Shown here: positions 63,210-64,000 of the stretch, piece by piece | Layout of the letters: every line of letters begins with the position of its first letter | Position numbering within the stretch: the first letter of the stretch is position 1 | From: Heterodontus francisci | Taxonomy: Eukaryota | Direction: 5' to 3' | Assembly: GCF_036365525.1 (NCBI RefSeq) | Contig: NC_090375.1 | Coordinates: forward strand, 95,606,512 to 95,670,511 | DNA: 64,000 bases | Program-made: the position numbers and the translations under genes | Notes under the pieces: model-generated | Told to the model about the DNA's origin: nothing | Seen by the model: the letters and a program-made list of their open reading frames with translations, nothing else | Database searches by the model: none

Positions 63210-63906
63210 GGGCTGAATTTTACGTGTGCCGCTGCGGGCAACGGCGTCCGGCGCCACCTCGTAGGCTCTGGTACCTTGTTTAAATGGCTTTAAGCCCTTA
63301 ACACACATTAAAATTTTTAAAGATGGATTGCACTTAATATGTTTTTAATAAATAATTAGGTGAGGGTGGCCCTTCCCCAACCCCCCCCCCCCCCCCCCCA
63401 TGGTCATTTCATTGCCCGAAATGACCATCCATTGATTTTACAAAGACCTGAACTTTTTCCCCAACCTTCAATCTTTTGCCCTTCAACCCCTTTCCCACCA
63501 TTCCCACATCCAATTACAATTGATTTCCTAGCTCCTCCACCCCTCCTGCTCTGAAAATTCCCCCTCCCCACCAGGTTCTCGCCCAGAACTCCATGCGGAG
63601 TTCCAAAGGCGCGCGGAGTTCCAAAGACGCGCAGAGTACGAAGGGCGGCCGTAATATCGGAGTGGGACGGCTGCCGCCTGCAGGTAAGTTAATTTGAATG
63701 TCATTAGGGCTCATTCTAATATGGAGATGAAGGGCCTGCCACCTGGCGGCGGGGAGCAGGGGGGGCCGCACCGAGGTCGCCCCACCGCTGGTAATATGTG
63801 GCGGGCTCTTCTCGACGTCGTGGGTCGAGGCAGGCCTCCCCCCGCAGCATTTTACCGACTCCCGCACCGCGACCCGCAGTGTCAAGGGGCCGGTAAAATT
63901 CAGCCC
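63210..63906. mobile_element. Complete Harbinger-type MITE
   Basis: Perfect 14-bp TIR gggctgaattttac / gtaaaattcagccc with 3-bp TSD atg/atg. Confidence 0.92.
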
Positions 63907-64000
63907 ATGATGTCCCAATGACATCACACTACTTTAACCGGGGCCAGTATGGTCTCCATCCCACCAACAAAAGCTGGTGACAGCAAGGATCCTGGCCACA

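Overview
This is eukaryotic vertebrate DNA, very probably from a shark or other cartilaginous fish. That call is inferred from HE1/V-SINE-like and Deu-domain SINEs, dense CR1 LINEs and Penelope 3' modules. No intact protein-coding gene was found. Most of the window is nested, decayed transposons: several CR1 LINE families, a second CR1-group LINE family ('LINE-A'), L2, two RTE LINEs, three solo LTRs, a dead two-gene PIF/Harbinger transposon, many Harbinger-type MITEs, three SINE families and Penelope tails with minimal hammerhead ribozyme motifs. Three non-transposon signals stand out. (1) The unique sequence between the insertions from about 2.9 to 37.3 kb repeatedly translates on the + strand, through stops and frameshifts, into cadherin-repeat motifs. 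This points to the fossil of a giant Fat/Dachsous/CDH23-type cadherin gene. (2) An orphan, frameshifted MHC-like C1-set exon lies at 39.7-40.0 kb (-). (3) A CpG-rich exon resembling the AKAP13/Lbc-RhoGEF 'RRHSWxPGK' region lies at 49.9-50.2 kb. Both orphan exons sit just 5' of a LINE in the same orientation, which suggests LINE-mediated capture. All identifications come from manual motif reading without database searches. Boundaries not anchored by a TSD or TIR are approximate.
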